NCBI GenBank assembly: GCA_050084985.1
Contig: JBITNC010000002.1
Coordinates: forward strand, 38,502,001 to 38,566,000
Direction of reading: 5' to 3'
From: Nageia nagi
Taxonomy: Eukaryota; Plantae; Pinophyta
Length of the DNA: 64,000 nucleotides
Both the position numbers and the translations under genes were made by a program. This document shows positions 13,440-25,299 of this stretch, one piece after another (within the stretch, counting starts at the first letter, position 1; each line of letters begins with the position of its first letter). A model generated the notes under the pieces. That model saw nothing but the letters and a program-made list of their open reading frames with translations. It ran no database searches and was not told where the DNA came from.

Positions 13440-14504
13440 GGGTGAGTGCAAGAAGTTGGGTCCACTTTAAGGCAAAAAAGTGTAAGTATTTTTCATGATT
13501 TTCAAGTTTGGGAATGATTTATCTCAAAATTTGAAGCACTTACACATGGAATCATGAAAAAGCTCAATAAGGTGAAAATGTAGTGCTCAAAGTCTAGTTT
13601 TTAAATATATAATTTATTCCAATACCCAGGTCATAGAATTTAAAATTTGATAGGATGAACAAAAACCATTTGTAAAAAAAAACCATTTTTGGACCATACC
13701 ATGTACGTGTTTGTCACACATAATTTGACTAAAATCAATGTATTTTTGAAAATACTTTTAGGCATAGATACCTAATACATTAAAGCTTATCTTGGATATT
13801 TTTCCATAATTTTTCATCAATATTTTATTTTTATTAAATTTGTATCGAACATGTTTGTGGTTTCGAAAAGAGCTCATGTTCGTCACACATAGTTTGACCT
13901 AAACTTAATCTTTTTTTTTAAAATTTTTTTTTATCTTATAGAGAATTATCTAAAACTTGTCCTTATATAATTTTATTTTTATAACTCTTAAAAAAAGTTA
14001 TTAAGAAAAAATGATACCATCATATTTCAAGTATATAAATCACTTTTACTAAAAAATAATTGAAAAATATAAAATCTTATCCAATTGTAAAAATAATTAT
14101 ATATTTGAAATCTATGCTCTTTTATCTGAAATAAGTTTTGATTTCATGAACAAATTTTGCCAAAACTCCATCAAACATATGCTTGAAGTTGAGATTTTCC
14201 ATTAACATTACCATTAACACATAATTGCATGTCCAAGGCTAAGTATTGGCTCACCAAGCCTTTTTTGAGCCTAAAATTGAGGCAAAATCAAAGATTCAAA
14301 TATCAAGATCTCGATATTTAAAGCTAAAAAAATACATGTATTTTAGTTTTAAATATCAAGATTTCAATTTAAAAAATTAGGATTTTGATATTTATTAGGA
14401 TCTCAAACCTAAATCAGGATCCCAATTTTTCCAACATTGAATTTTAACTTCATTGATTTTCCTCCACTTCCCTTTTGAGTGGACTCATATTCTTGCTTTC
14501 ACCC
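13440..14504. mobile_element. Non-autonomous Sola2-like TIR element (1065 bp) inserted into the PPR pseudogene
   Basis: Imperfect TIRs GGGTGAGTGCAAGAAGTTGGGTCCACTT / revcomp GGGTGAAAGCAAGAATATGAGTCCACTC. Near-TSD TTAT/TTAC. Flanks rejoin into a PPR motif. About 750 bp is homologous (inverted) to 47560-48283. Confidence 0.85.
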
Positions 14505-14585
14505 TTACATCTCAATGAGGTATTTTGTCAAACCTTTCACAATCCCTTTCAATGTTTCTATTTTATGCATATCCCATGATTGTAT
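14505..14585 (-). pseudogene. PPR fragment continuing beyond the TIR element
   Basis: MGYA*NRNIERDCERFDKIPH, homologous to 12945-13015. Confidence 0.7.
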
Positions 14586-14639
14586 TCTCTTTTTCTACTA
14601 TCCTTAAGATCTTCTCTATTATATTATGTATATGAGTGC

Positions 14640-15185
14640 TTGAATTAGGGAGCTAGAAGGATTGAGAGAAATAATGGAGCTTACTATCCATGGTTTATTG
14701 ATGTCAATATATAGCCTTGGGTTCTCAACAACGAAATCCACAAGGTGTACAAACTTACAAACAAGAAGTTAGAGAATTTACTATTCTCAACAACACTACA
14801 GATCATAGCCATCTCAGTCCAAGAGAAGTAGCTAAACATGTGATAACAATACTCCAAACATAGCTTAAAACATGCCTAATACGATAACAAACAAACCCCT
14901 AAAATATGAAGACAAAACAAACAATAACAAGAAATTTGTTACAAAAACAAACTCATTCTGCCCGCACACTGTCGTTTTCTCTACACAGCGATCGACAACG
15001 ATCTTATAGGATCATCGACGATCGGTGGAAATCGGTGACGATCGTAATCAATGGCGATCGGCGAAAATCGGTGGTGATCAGTGGTAATCGGTGGTGATCG
15101 GTGGCGATCGGTGGCGATCTCTATCATGGGCAGATTTATTCTAGAACATTGCAAAAACACATATTATGGAGTCAAAACTCCAACA
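14640..15185. mobile_element. Probable young LTR fragment with CpG-rich GATCGGTGGC short tandem repeats (14988-15120)
   Basis: Ends in CTCCAACA (TGTTGGAG on the minus strand, a typical LTR terminus) and is CpG-rich relative to its surroundings. The left boundary is not defined. Confidence 0.4.
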
Positions 15186-15779
15186 AGGATAAAAATAAAA
15201 ATATATTGAATTAGCTAAAATAGAATACAGTAATGTTAAAAGTTTAATTCTTCTAAAATACATTAACTTATTTCTTTATTCAAGTGCAGTCTATATGATT
15301 TGTAGTGGTTTTCCTTTTCCTTGAGTTCTTTTCTTCTATGGTGACTAGACCAAAAAAGGGCATTGGAGGCAAGTAATTTGAAGTAGTTTGTAAGTGTTAG
15401 TTTTTAACCATCCCAATTTTTTTTAAGCGATGATTTATAGGGGATGATTTATAGCACCCCCAAAAACATTAATGAGGAGGTGAAAACTTGCCCCTTAGTG
15501 AAAAAAAAGATGCACACGGGGGAACTTGAAATATCCTTATTGTTCAAGTTTTTTGAGTTGAGGGGGTTGGAGGAAGAGAGGGGCATTTGATGGGATTACA
15601 AAAGGAGAATGATTCTAGTCATTTCAAGTTTTTCAAACTGAAGGATTTAGAGGAAGAGAGGGGCATTTAGGATTACGATAGGAGAGGAGGTGGGAAGATA
15701 AGGTAGTAGAAGGTATTTCAATCCATGACCTTATATTATTTGTTCATGAGATTGTGATCTTTTGAATGTCCATGCTTTG

Positions 15780-15890
15780 TATTTTCCTATATTCTTTTAG
15801 AAAACTTATGAATCTTGTAATCATCATAGATTGTGAAACCATGTTTCATCATGCATCTTCTCAAATAAATCCCAAGTTTTATGTTAATCT
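15780..15890 (-). pseudogene. PPR fragment
   Basis: Minus strand translates to WDLFEKMHDE...MVSQSMMITR. Confidence 0.65.
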
Positions 15891-18800
15891 TGAAGGAATT
15901 TAATATTTCATGGTCTAAATTCTAGCAAAATTTGGAATAAATATTAGAATTAGTATGTTGCAGGACCATAGTTGAGTGCAAAATATTCAAGATCTATTTC
16001 TTTAATTAAGATAGATATGATTTTGTAGTTCTTCACTGATGCCCATGCTCTTCTATAATTTTATGGGTGCTTCATTTATATTTTGAATGCCCATACTACC
16101 TTCTCTAATTTTTGTGAGCACTTCATTTATGTTTCTGTGTAGATTTGCAATCCATGAGTTCACGCGAAGCCTTCTATACTCCACTTTGTTCTTGTATAAA
16201 TAGAGACTTCATCTCCCATTTTTAATGAAGGAGGATGCTTAATGTAATGATATGCTACCATTTTGGCTCTTAAATATAAACACATTCCTATATGATCTAT
16301 AATACCTTATTGTTGCATGGCATGTTATCTCTTTTGAAGCTTATATACTTGAGAAACACTTGTAGATATTTTGTATCTAATCCAAGGTGATATTTACTTA
16401 TCTATGGTTATTTTACTTCATGGGTACTTATCTATATTCCAACTTTAAAGCAAGTAGTTTTGTTATTTTGTGATTTTTCAAACTACCTTTGTTTGGTTCA
16501 GTTTGCTTTCAAGGGTTATATATTTGTGTTTAGATCTCCATTTAGTGTATTTTCTTCTTAGTTGGATTGTTGGTTTCAATACCATTCCAACCATATACTC
16601 TTTTCCATAATTATTGATGGAACACACTTAGATATAACAAAATACAAAATGTGCCTTATTTGTAGTCTTACTTAGTGAGTCTTGAGAAGTCTATTTGCTT
16701 CCTTCTCACTTTTTGATCCTTCCATCCATGTTGAAAGTATTCCAAACCTTCACCATTAGATAGAGCATTTCTTCCTATTTTTTTATGGGAATAGTGCTTG
16801 GTATTTTTAGGAAACACATAAATGATGGTATCCAAACTTTTCCACTCTTGGCTTCTAGATTGTAGATTCCACACTTGATTTTCCTAGAGTCCTGATGAAA
16901 TTTTATGGATCACAATCTACCAAAACTCTGATATTTCCAAACTATACTATTTTTCAAATTCTCCAAAAATTGGTCCTTGACATTTTCCTTTCCTTTAGTG
17001 TTTGATTTTCTTGAAGATATGATAAGTCCTTATCCATCAAATTCTATTGAAACCTTAGCCAAATTTATGGTATCAAATCTTGGAGCCTTGAGTCTCTAGA
17101 ATCATCATTTGGATTTGAGAGCTCTTTTCTTGAGCCTATTTGGTCCAAATTCTTCATTTGGTATTATATCCTTTGTTCCTTATTCACCATTATTGGGTTG
17201 TGGTGACTTCAGATTCTTCAATTAGTATAAGAGCATTATTTTATCTCTGAACCTTCAAGTTCCTCACTTGGTATTAGAGCATTATTTTGTCTCTGAACAA
17301 TCAAATTTCTCACTTGGTATTAGAGCATTATTTTGTCTCTGAACAATCAAATTCCTCACTTGGTATAAGATCCATACAATCTATTGGATTAAATGTATCC
17401 AAAGAATGGAAGTTCATTATAGTTGCAGATCCTTGTGTTTAATGGAGAACACTATGAGTATTGGAGCATTCAAATGTGGACCTTTCTCATCTCATAAGAT
17501 TTGTAGAATCTTGTTTTGTAGGAATATTTTGAATTTGATGTTGTAGCCTTCATTTAACTTACACTAGATGAAAATAAGGAGCTCATAGAGACCCAAAAGA
17601 AGGATGCCAAAGATTTATTTTCTATATAAAGAGAGATAGATGTTACAATCTTCCCTAAGATTATAGAATGCAAGTTCTCCAAAGTTACATGGGACACTCT
17701 TGAGAGTGCCTACAAAGGATTATCTAGAGCTAGAGTAACCAAGCTATAGCTCTTGTGATGGGATTTTGAATCTCTTTAGATGGGATATGCTGAGACTATT
17801 GAACTATTTATGAACAAAGTTTAATATTTGGTGAATACACTTTGTTCACATGGTGAGCAACTTGATGATAGATGGATTGTAGAGAAGGTGTTGATAAGCC
17901 TTCCCCAAAAGTTTTATCCTCTCACCATTGCAATTAAGGATTCTAAAGACTTAAATCAACTCAATCTCCTAGAATTGCTTGGAAGCTTATAATTATATGA
18001 GCATAAACTCTAGGATAAAGTTGAGAAATTGGACCAAGCATTCCAACACCAACTCTAGATGAATGAGAAACCTTCTACTTACTCCATCTTATAATCCACT
18101 TCTAGAGGCTATGGTAGAGGTCATGGTGGTTGCGATCATGGAAGGAATGATCATGGTAGAGAAAGAGACCGATCAACTGGTAGAAACCAAAGCATAACCT
18201 TTTGATATTATGACTTCTATGTCAAATATGGTCACACTAAGAAATATTAATTTCAGAAGAAGAAGGAATAGAAAGTCAACTATAGTGAAGAGCAAAATGA
18301 TGGTCATAATATCTTCTTCACCCATAATAATTTTGAAGTTAATGATGACCATATTTAATATCTATATAGTGGATGTTCCAATCATATGAATGGGAATATA
18401 AGGTAATTTATTCAACTTGAGGAAAATACTTTGTCAAAGTCTGGTTTGGTGATAATAATCATGTTAACATTATCAAAAAGGTACTATTTCTTTTAAAGAA
18501 AATATTGGTAAGATCATGCATATGCATGACACTTTGTATGCTCCCATATTGAAGCACAATCTCCTTAGCATGGGCCAGATGTGCTTGAAGGAATATTTAT
18601 TCTTCTAGAAGAAAACCTACACCATCATCAATAAGGCTAACAAGTAGGTTATTACAATGATTCTCATGATTGAGAATTGCTTTTATATGTTGAGGATGCA
18701 ATTAGTGGTAGTGAAATTCCTAAAATCCATCACTAATACTACTTGGTTATGGCATTGGAGATGTGGCCACATCAAATTCAACTTACTCTATAGATTTCCT

Positions 18801-21800
18801 AATCTTTTGAGAGGTATGACAACCTTCTCGCTACCTCTTGACACTTTGTGTGAGAGTTGCATTTTTGGGAAACAACATAGAGAGAAATTTCCCTCCCAAT
18901 CATTCCATGCAAAGGCACCTTTGTAGTTAATGCATGTTGATATTTGTAAACCTATGTCAACTCCCATCTTGGCCAAGTGCAAAGTATATGCTTATCTTTA
19001 CTAATGATTATTCTTGGATGAGTTGGTTGTATTTGTTATAGGAAAAATTAGATGCCTAAAAACTTTTGTCAAGTTCAAGGTGCTTGTTGAGAAGTAATTT
19101 GAATATCACCTCAAGAAGTTTGAAATAGAATGTGGTGGTGAATTTATTTCAAATGAGTTTGAAGAACTCTACTAAAAATATGGGATCAAGCAACAATATA
19201 CAATTGCCTACACTCCATAGCAGAATGGAGTGGTTGAGAGGAAGAATCAAATATTCATTAAGATGGCCTAAATCATGCTCAAGGAAATGGGAATAGACAA
19301 CAAATTATGGGGGTAAGCTCAACATACTGGTATTTATATTTTGAATCACTTCCCTATCAAGTTCATGCAACATTCAATCCATTATGAGGCTTGGTTTTGT
19401 AAGAAACCTAGTCTCTTGCACCTTAAAATGTTTATCTCTTCCTCTTATGTGTATGTTCCCAAGGAGAAAAAGCAAAAATTGGATGAAAATCCATCAAATA
19501 TATCTTTATGGGATACTTTGATGAGTCCAAATACTATTGATGCTATGATCTAATCTTTTGAAAGCTACATATCAATCAAGATGTGATCTTTCATAAAAGG
19601 GGAGCATATAAGGATGATTTTGGTACTCCTAACATCAATTCGATGATTGAAGACACCAGTTCATATGATCTAGTTGAGACATTGCAATCTAACCAACCTC
19701 TCTAACCTTAATATCCCAACCTCCCTATGGCTCCAACTCCTTCCAGGAGAAGGATTTCTAGAGATCATTCAAAATCTCAAATGTTGGATAAGGATTTTAG
19801 TAGAAGAGTAACTCAAAAATAAGAAAAGGGGGTGATCAAATCACCAATTATGCTTTGATATCCTCTTCTCTTGTTAAGCCTTCAAACTTTAAAGAAGCTA
19901 CTACAAATAAATATTGAAAAAAGATCATAGACTATGAGATTGAATAGATCTAGAAGAATGAGTCTTGGGAGCTTGTGCCTCCTCCAAAGCACCAAAATGT
20001 TATTGGAGTCAAATAGATATATAAACTCAAGCATAATGTTGATGGTAGAATTGCTACATATAAGACCCGACTAGTGGCTAAAGGCTATGTTCATAAGGAA
20101 GGGATTGATTATGTAGAGACTTTTGTATTAGTTGCTTGACTTGAGATAGTCCTCTCTCTTCTTGCTCTCACATCACATCTTGGTCTTAGTTTGTACTAAA
20201 TGGATGTCAAGTCTTCCTTCCTTAATGGAGATTTAAAGGAAGAAGTGTATGTGAATCAAACCTAAGGATTCAATATTATTGGTAATGAAGATAAAGTGTA
20301 ACGATTAAAGAAAGCTCTCTATGGGATCAAGAAGGAACCTAGAGCTTGGTATTCTCAGATTGACACTTGCTTCTATTTGAATGGTTATCAGAGCTACTCC
20401 ATAGAAGTTACCTTGTACACTAAGGTATCCAACCATGATTTCATCATCATCTATTTGTATGTTGATGATATTATCTTCATGAGTAATTTTACTTTCATGT
20501 TGAATATATTCAAAACTATCATGATTAAGGAGTTTGAGATGAGTTATTTGGGTGACATGCAATACTTTCATGGTATGCAAGTTCAATAATCATCCTTTGA
20601 CATATTCATCATTTAGTCCAAGTATGTTAATGATATGTTTTCTAGGTTTTCCATGAAGGATTGCAAACATGTTGACACTATAGTAGTGCTTAGTACCAAA
20701 CTTATGAAGGAATTTTCTACTTCTCTTATGGATGCCACCCTTTATTGGTCCTTTATTAGCAATCTAATGTATCCTATTGCCACCCAATCCGATATCATGT
20801 ATGCAGTAAGCCTTGCAGCTTGATTCATGCACTCTCCACATGAATCTCATTGGAAAGTAAATGAATAAGGATGCTTAATGTAATGATGTGCTACCATTTT
20901 GGCTTTTGAATATAACACTTTTCTATTTGCTATGTAATACCTTGTTACTACATGGTGTGTTATCTCTTTTGAAGCTTGTATTATTAAGAAGCACTTGCAG
21001 ATAATTTGTATCTAATCCATGGTGAAATTCACTTATCTATAGTTATTTTACTTCATGGGTACTTGTTTGTATTCCCACTTTTGAGCAAGTATTCTTGTTA
21101 TTTTATGATTTATCAAAATGCCTATGTTTGGTTCATTTTTCTTTTGAGGGCTAGATCTTTCTATCTAGATCTCCATTTAGTGTGTTTCCTTCTTAGATGG
21201 ATTTTTAGTTTTAATACCATTCTAACCATATGCTCTTTTCCATCATTATTGGTGGAACATACTTAGATATCCCAAAACACAAAACTTGCTTATCTGTAGT
21301 CTTGATTAGTGAGTCTTGAGAAGTCTATTTGCATCCATCTCACTTTTTGACCCTTCCATCCATCTTGAAAGTATTTTGGACCTTCACCATATGATAGATC
21401 ATTTCTTGCTACTTGTTTTGATAGGTCATAGTCCTATGTCTTATTAGGAATCACATAAGTTACGAGCTTCAAACTTTTCCACTCTCACCCTATAGACTAC
21501 ATATTCTACACTGTTAATATTTTTGGAGTATTAACAAAATCTTACCAACCATAATATGCTAGAACTCCAACATTCCAAATTGCACTATTTTTAGACTTCT
21601 TCAAAACTCGATCTCTGACACTTTCCTTTCCTTCAGGGTTTTGATTTTTCTAGAGATCTAACAAGTACTTAACCATCAAATTTTGTTGGAACCCCAACCA
21701 AATTTATGGTATCAAAGCTTGTAGCCTTGAGTCTCCAAAATTATTATTTAGATTCAAAGCTCTTGTTTTGAGCTTATTTGGTCCAAATTCTTCATTTGGT

Positions 21801-21904
21801 GTCATATCCTTTGTGCCTTGTTCACTATTCTTGGGGTGTGGTGACTTCAAATTCTTTAATTGGTATTAAAGCATTGTTTTATCTCTAAAACTTCAAATTC
21901 CTCA
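15891..21904 (+). mobile_element. Degenerate Ty1/copia LTR retrotransposon; RNase H, PPT and the 5' part of the 3' LTR are deleted
   Basis: 5' LTR is about 15891-17266 (TGAAGGAATT...GTTCCTCA). The 3' LTR remnant 20860-21904 aligns to 16224-17266. Gag FNGEHYEYWSIQM, PR YSGCSNHM, INT WHWRCGH...CESCIFGKQHR, RT YKTRLVAKGY, MDVKSSFLNG and LYVDDI. No TSD was recovered. Confidence 0.9.
17068..17372 (+). promoter_or_regulatory. Array of six tRNA-iMet PBS-like motifs; the last four are spaced exactly 46 bp apart
   Basis: TGGTATCAGAGC-like motifs at 17068, 17159, 17223, 17269, 17315 and 17361. The last five are preceded by CA-NN. Confidence 0.8.
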
Positions 21905-21929
21905 TTTGTCTAAGGGTATTTAATTTTCA

Positions 21930-22150
21930 AAAAATCCATTTTATGTATCACACAATCATTGCAAAATCTTAAACTTTATTTGCATCATGCATCTTATCAA
22001 AAAATGTTAGGTTTTATGTTATTCTTTCATATTTTTCATGTGTATAAGGGCCTTTAATTTAACAAAAATCTATTTATTTGTATCATGAAATCATTGTAGA
22101 CTATGAAACTATGTTTACATTATATATCTTGTTAAAAAAATCTTTGGTCT
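21930..22150 (-). pseudogene. PPR fragments
   Basis: FFDKMHDANKV..FAMIV*YIKWI and FFNKIYNVNIVS*STMIS*Y. Confidence 0.7.
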
Positions 22151-22170
22151 TGTGTATCAAGAAACTCACA

Positions 22171-22668
22171 ACCATAACACTCTATTTACAAGCACCAAGT
22201 AGTCACATGGAGACATCAAATTTAATGTTTATGGGTATTTTGTTAGTGAAGTTAAAATATTCCTCAAGATAGGTTGCACGAACCACAAATTTTGATTTAC
22301 AAGTACCAAGTAGACACTTCCACATACCTAATTCAGGGTTTATGAGTGTTTTGGTATTGAAGTTCAAAGGCTCCTCAAGATAGCTTGCATGAACCACAAC
22401 ATTCAATTTAGAAGAACCAAGTAAACACTTCCACACATCTAATTCATGGTTTATGGGTATTTGGTAGTGAAGTTCAAAGCTCCCTCAAGATAGCCCACAC
22501 AAACTATAACATTCAATTTATAAGCACTAAGTACACACATCCACATACCTAATTAAGGGTTTATGGGTATTTTGGTAATGAATTTCAAATCTCCCATAAT
22601 ATAGCATGTATAAATCATAACATTTGATTTAAAAGCACCAAGTACACACATACATACATCTAATTCAT
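22171..22668 (-). repeat. About 4.5 tandem copies of a 111-bp (37-codon) PPR S2/E1-derived unit
   Basis: Units start at 22171, 22282, 22393, 22503 and 22614. ORF 22203-22436 shows the repeat NVVVxAxYLEExLNFxxKxxINPELGMWKCLLGxCKS. Confidence 0.88.
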
Positions 22669-22859
22669 TTGAGCATAATTTTGGAGCATATTTTAATTGC
22701 ATCAAGTACACACATCACAACATTGGGAAATATGTGAAACTATAGAGCATATTTAAATCATTTGAGCATAATTTTACAACATATTTGAATCTTATTGTGC
22801 TTATATTTAAATTATGACACATGATATGAAATGAATTAAATACATAATATGACTTGCAA

Positions 22860-24760
22860 ATCCTTATTGTGGCCATGAATTGTATATCCTACAATTGTAG
22901 AATTAATAATTATACATGCATTATTGACCTTGTTGGCTATGTAGGCTATCTTAAGGGAGCTTTGAAATTCACTGCCAAGATACATTGTATGATGTGATAT
23001 GAATTGGTTTTGGTTTTCAATATATGATATGATATGAAATGATTTAAATACACCATATCCTCCAAAACCTAGCTTGGAGAATGAAAGTAATTGTTCAACT
23101 TATAAATTTTCCAAGTGTCAAAAATCAATCCAAAAGTGCTAAGTTGGCAAAAATGTACTTATAATACTTAGCCAAACATAGAAAAACTATGTGGTTTCCA
23201 AGTAGTTCATCAAATCCAAGTTTAAGGAAATCCTTGTTGTAGTCATGAATTGCATTTCCTCCAACCATTGCAGTCTATTAGACCATGTCTGCATCATGCA
23301 TCATCCATATTTTGCATTCATGTCCATCAAGTTTTATGTTCCATTTCAATTATTTCAAAATATACTACTTGGGTGTGTGGACGTGTCTAATTTGTGCTTG
23401 TAAATCAAAATGTATCTACTTGGTGCTTGTAAAGCATATCTAAATCTTATTGATCTTCTTAAAGATAGGTTGCATAGCCAAGAAAGTGATCAGAGGCATC
23501 GATGTAGCAAGTATTATGCTATATTTTGTATTACATGTAATTTTGTAGTAGGTGTCTTACAAACATTATAAATATTGAAGATAATGAAATTGTATTTTGT
23601 ATCATGCATCTTGTCAAATAATTCCCAAGCCTTGCATCCTACATCTGATTAAAATTCCATAATTTTTATCATATGATGGTATTGGATCATTTCATATCAT
23701 ATGTTTGAAGCATCCAAGATGGTTTTATGGTAACATTATGAATAACATTGAAGCATCATGATGATACATCTATTAAGAGCTTCTAAATATAGTTAGCCTT
23801 GAATTCTCTAATTCATGATGTTTTGAATAGGTTAACCTAGGGGAAAGATATCTTATTATGCTTATTATGGATGTAATATAACATAGTATTTGAATTTTTT
23901 GGGTTGGACATTTTGCTAAGTATTACAGGCATATTTTTACCAACTTACCACTTTTGGACTAGCTTTTGACACTTTTGTTAAGTATAGTGTTTTATCATGT
24001 ACTTAGTTTTACACCTAATAATTGCATCTACTTAAAAATCTCTATAGTATTTCATGTTGTGCATATCTTACAATCATAGGATTAATCATTATACATGAAT
24101 TGTTGACCTACTTATTTGTGCAAACTATCTTAAGGGAGTTTTGAACTTCACTATTGAAATACCCATAAACCTTGAATTGGGTGTGTGCATGTGTGTACTT
24201 GGTTCTTGTGAATCAAATGTTATGGCTCATGTAGGCTATCTTGAGAATAACCTACTAGACATGGTATAAAGTATTTTTCTTCATCTATGCCTATGTCTAT
24301 AGGGAAAAATCATTTCATGTCACATGGCATAGTTGCAATTACCTCATCTCACCTCTCTTCTCCTCTACCCCATGCCTTTGCTTGTATCACTATCACTTGT
24401 GGGCTCTTTTATTGCCTAGTCTATATGAGAAAATTTTTACAAAATAAATTATGATATGATTTTAAATGATTTAAATACACCATATGATCCAAATACTGGC
24501 TTTGAGAAGGAAACTACTTGTTCAACCCATAAATTTTCTTGAAGAAGGAAAGCAATTATTTAACCCAAAAATTTTCTAAGTGTCAAAAATTAGTCCAAAA
24601 GTGGTAAGTTGGCATCCTTGTTGTACCCATGAAACTATATATGCATCATGCATCTTTCACATTTTGCATAAATATTTATGAGGTTTTATGTTTAATTTCA
24701 AATTTTCAAAAAATACTTCTTGGGTGTGGATGTGTCTACCTGGTACTAAATTGAATATCA
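22860..24760. pseudogene. Patchwork of PPR/E-domain fragments in both orientations with short duplicated modules
   Basis: Plus strand: YTCIIDLVGYVGYLKGALKF (22911) and DLLICANYLKGVLNFTIEIPINLELGVCMCVLGSCESNV (about 24106). Minus strand: ELFDKMHD at about 23600. 23025-23150 repeats at about 24451-24614 and is partly inverted at 23940. Confidence 0.75.
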
Positions 24761-24822
24761 TGGTAGTAGTACTGTAGAGCATATTTGAATCATTTGAGCA
24801 ATAATTAGAACTATAGATCATA

Positions 24823-25172
24823 TTTCAATAATTTCATATCATGTGGTATACTTAGATCATTTCATATAATATAACACAATTACATCATTTCATACCATAT
24901 GGTGTACTTAGATGAATTTCATATCATATGGTACAATTACATTATTTCAAACCAATATGGTGTACTTAGATCATTTCATATATCATATCGTGCATTTGGA
25001 TCATTTCATATCATATGGTATAATAACATAATTTCATAACAACATGGTGTAATTAGATCATTTCATATCGTATGGTACAATAACATCATTTCATATCATA
25101 TGATGGTGCATTTGGATAATTTTATATCATATGTTGGTGCATTTAGATAATTTTATATCATATGATGCACTT
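24823..25172. repeat. Tandem minisatellite of about 25-28 bp (GATCATTTCATATCATATGGTGTACTTA-like), about 12 copies
   Basis: Directly visible recurring CATTTCATATCATATGGT core. Dispersed copies occur at about 23670-23705 and, inverted, near 22820 and 23025. Confidence 0.8.
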
Positions 25173-25299
25173 ATCATGAACATGACTTTATCTTATATAT
25201 ATTTAAGAACACACAAGGCATTCCCCTTATACAATAACCTATCCTTCACAAAATAGTTAACCTCATAACTATACCTCATGTTATGAATCAGCTTAGAAT

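Noticed and set aside
16150-16235. RNase H end plus PPT before the first copia LTR, implying a tandem three-LTR element
   Set aside because: It is better explained as LTR interior: it contains TATAAATA, and a terminus TGAAGGAATT complementary to the LTR end lies upstream at 15891.
17221-17372. CRISPR-like regularly spaced repeats
   Set aside because: The intervening sequences are copies of each other. This is a 46-bp tandem duplication of the LTR end and PBS.
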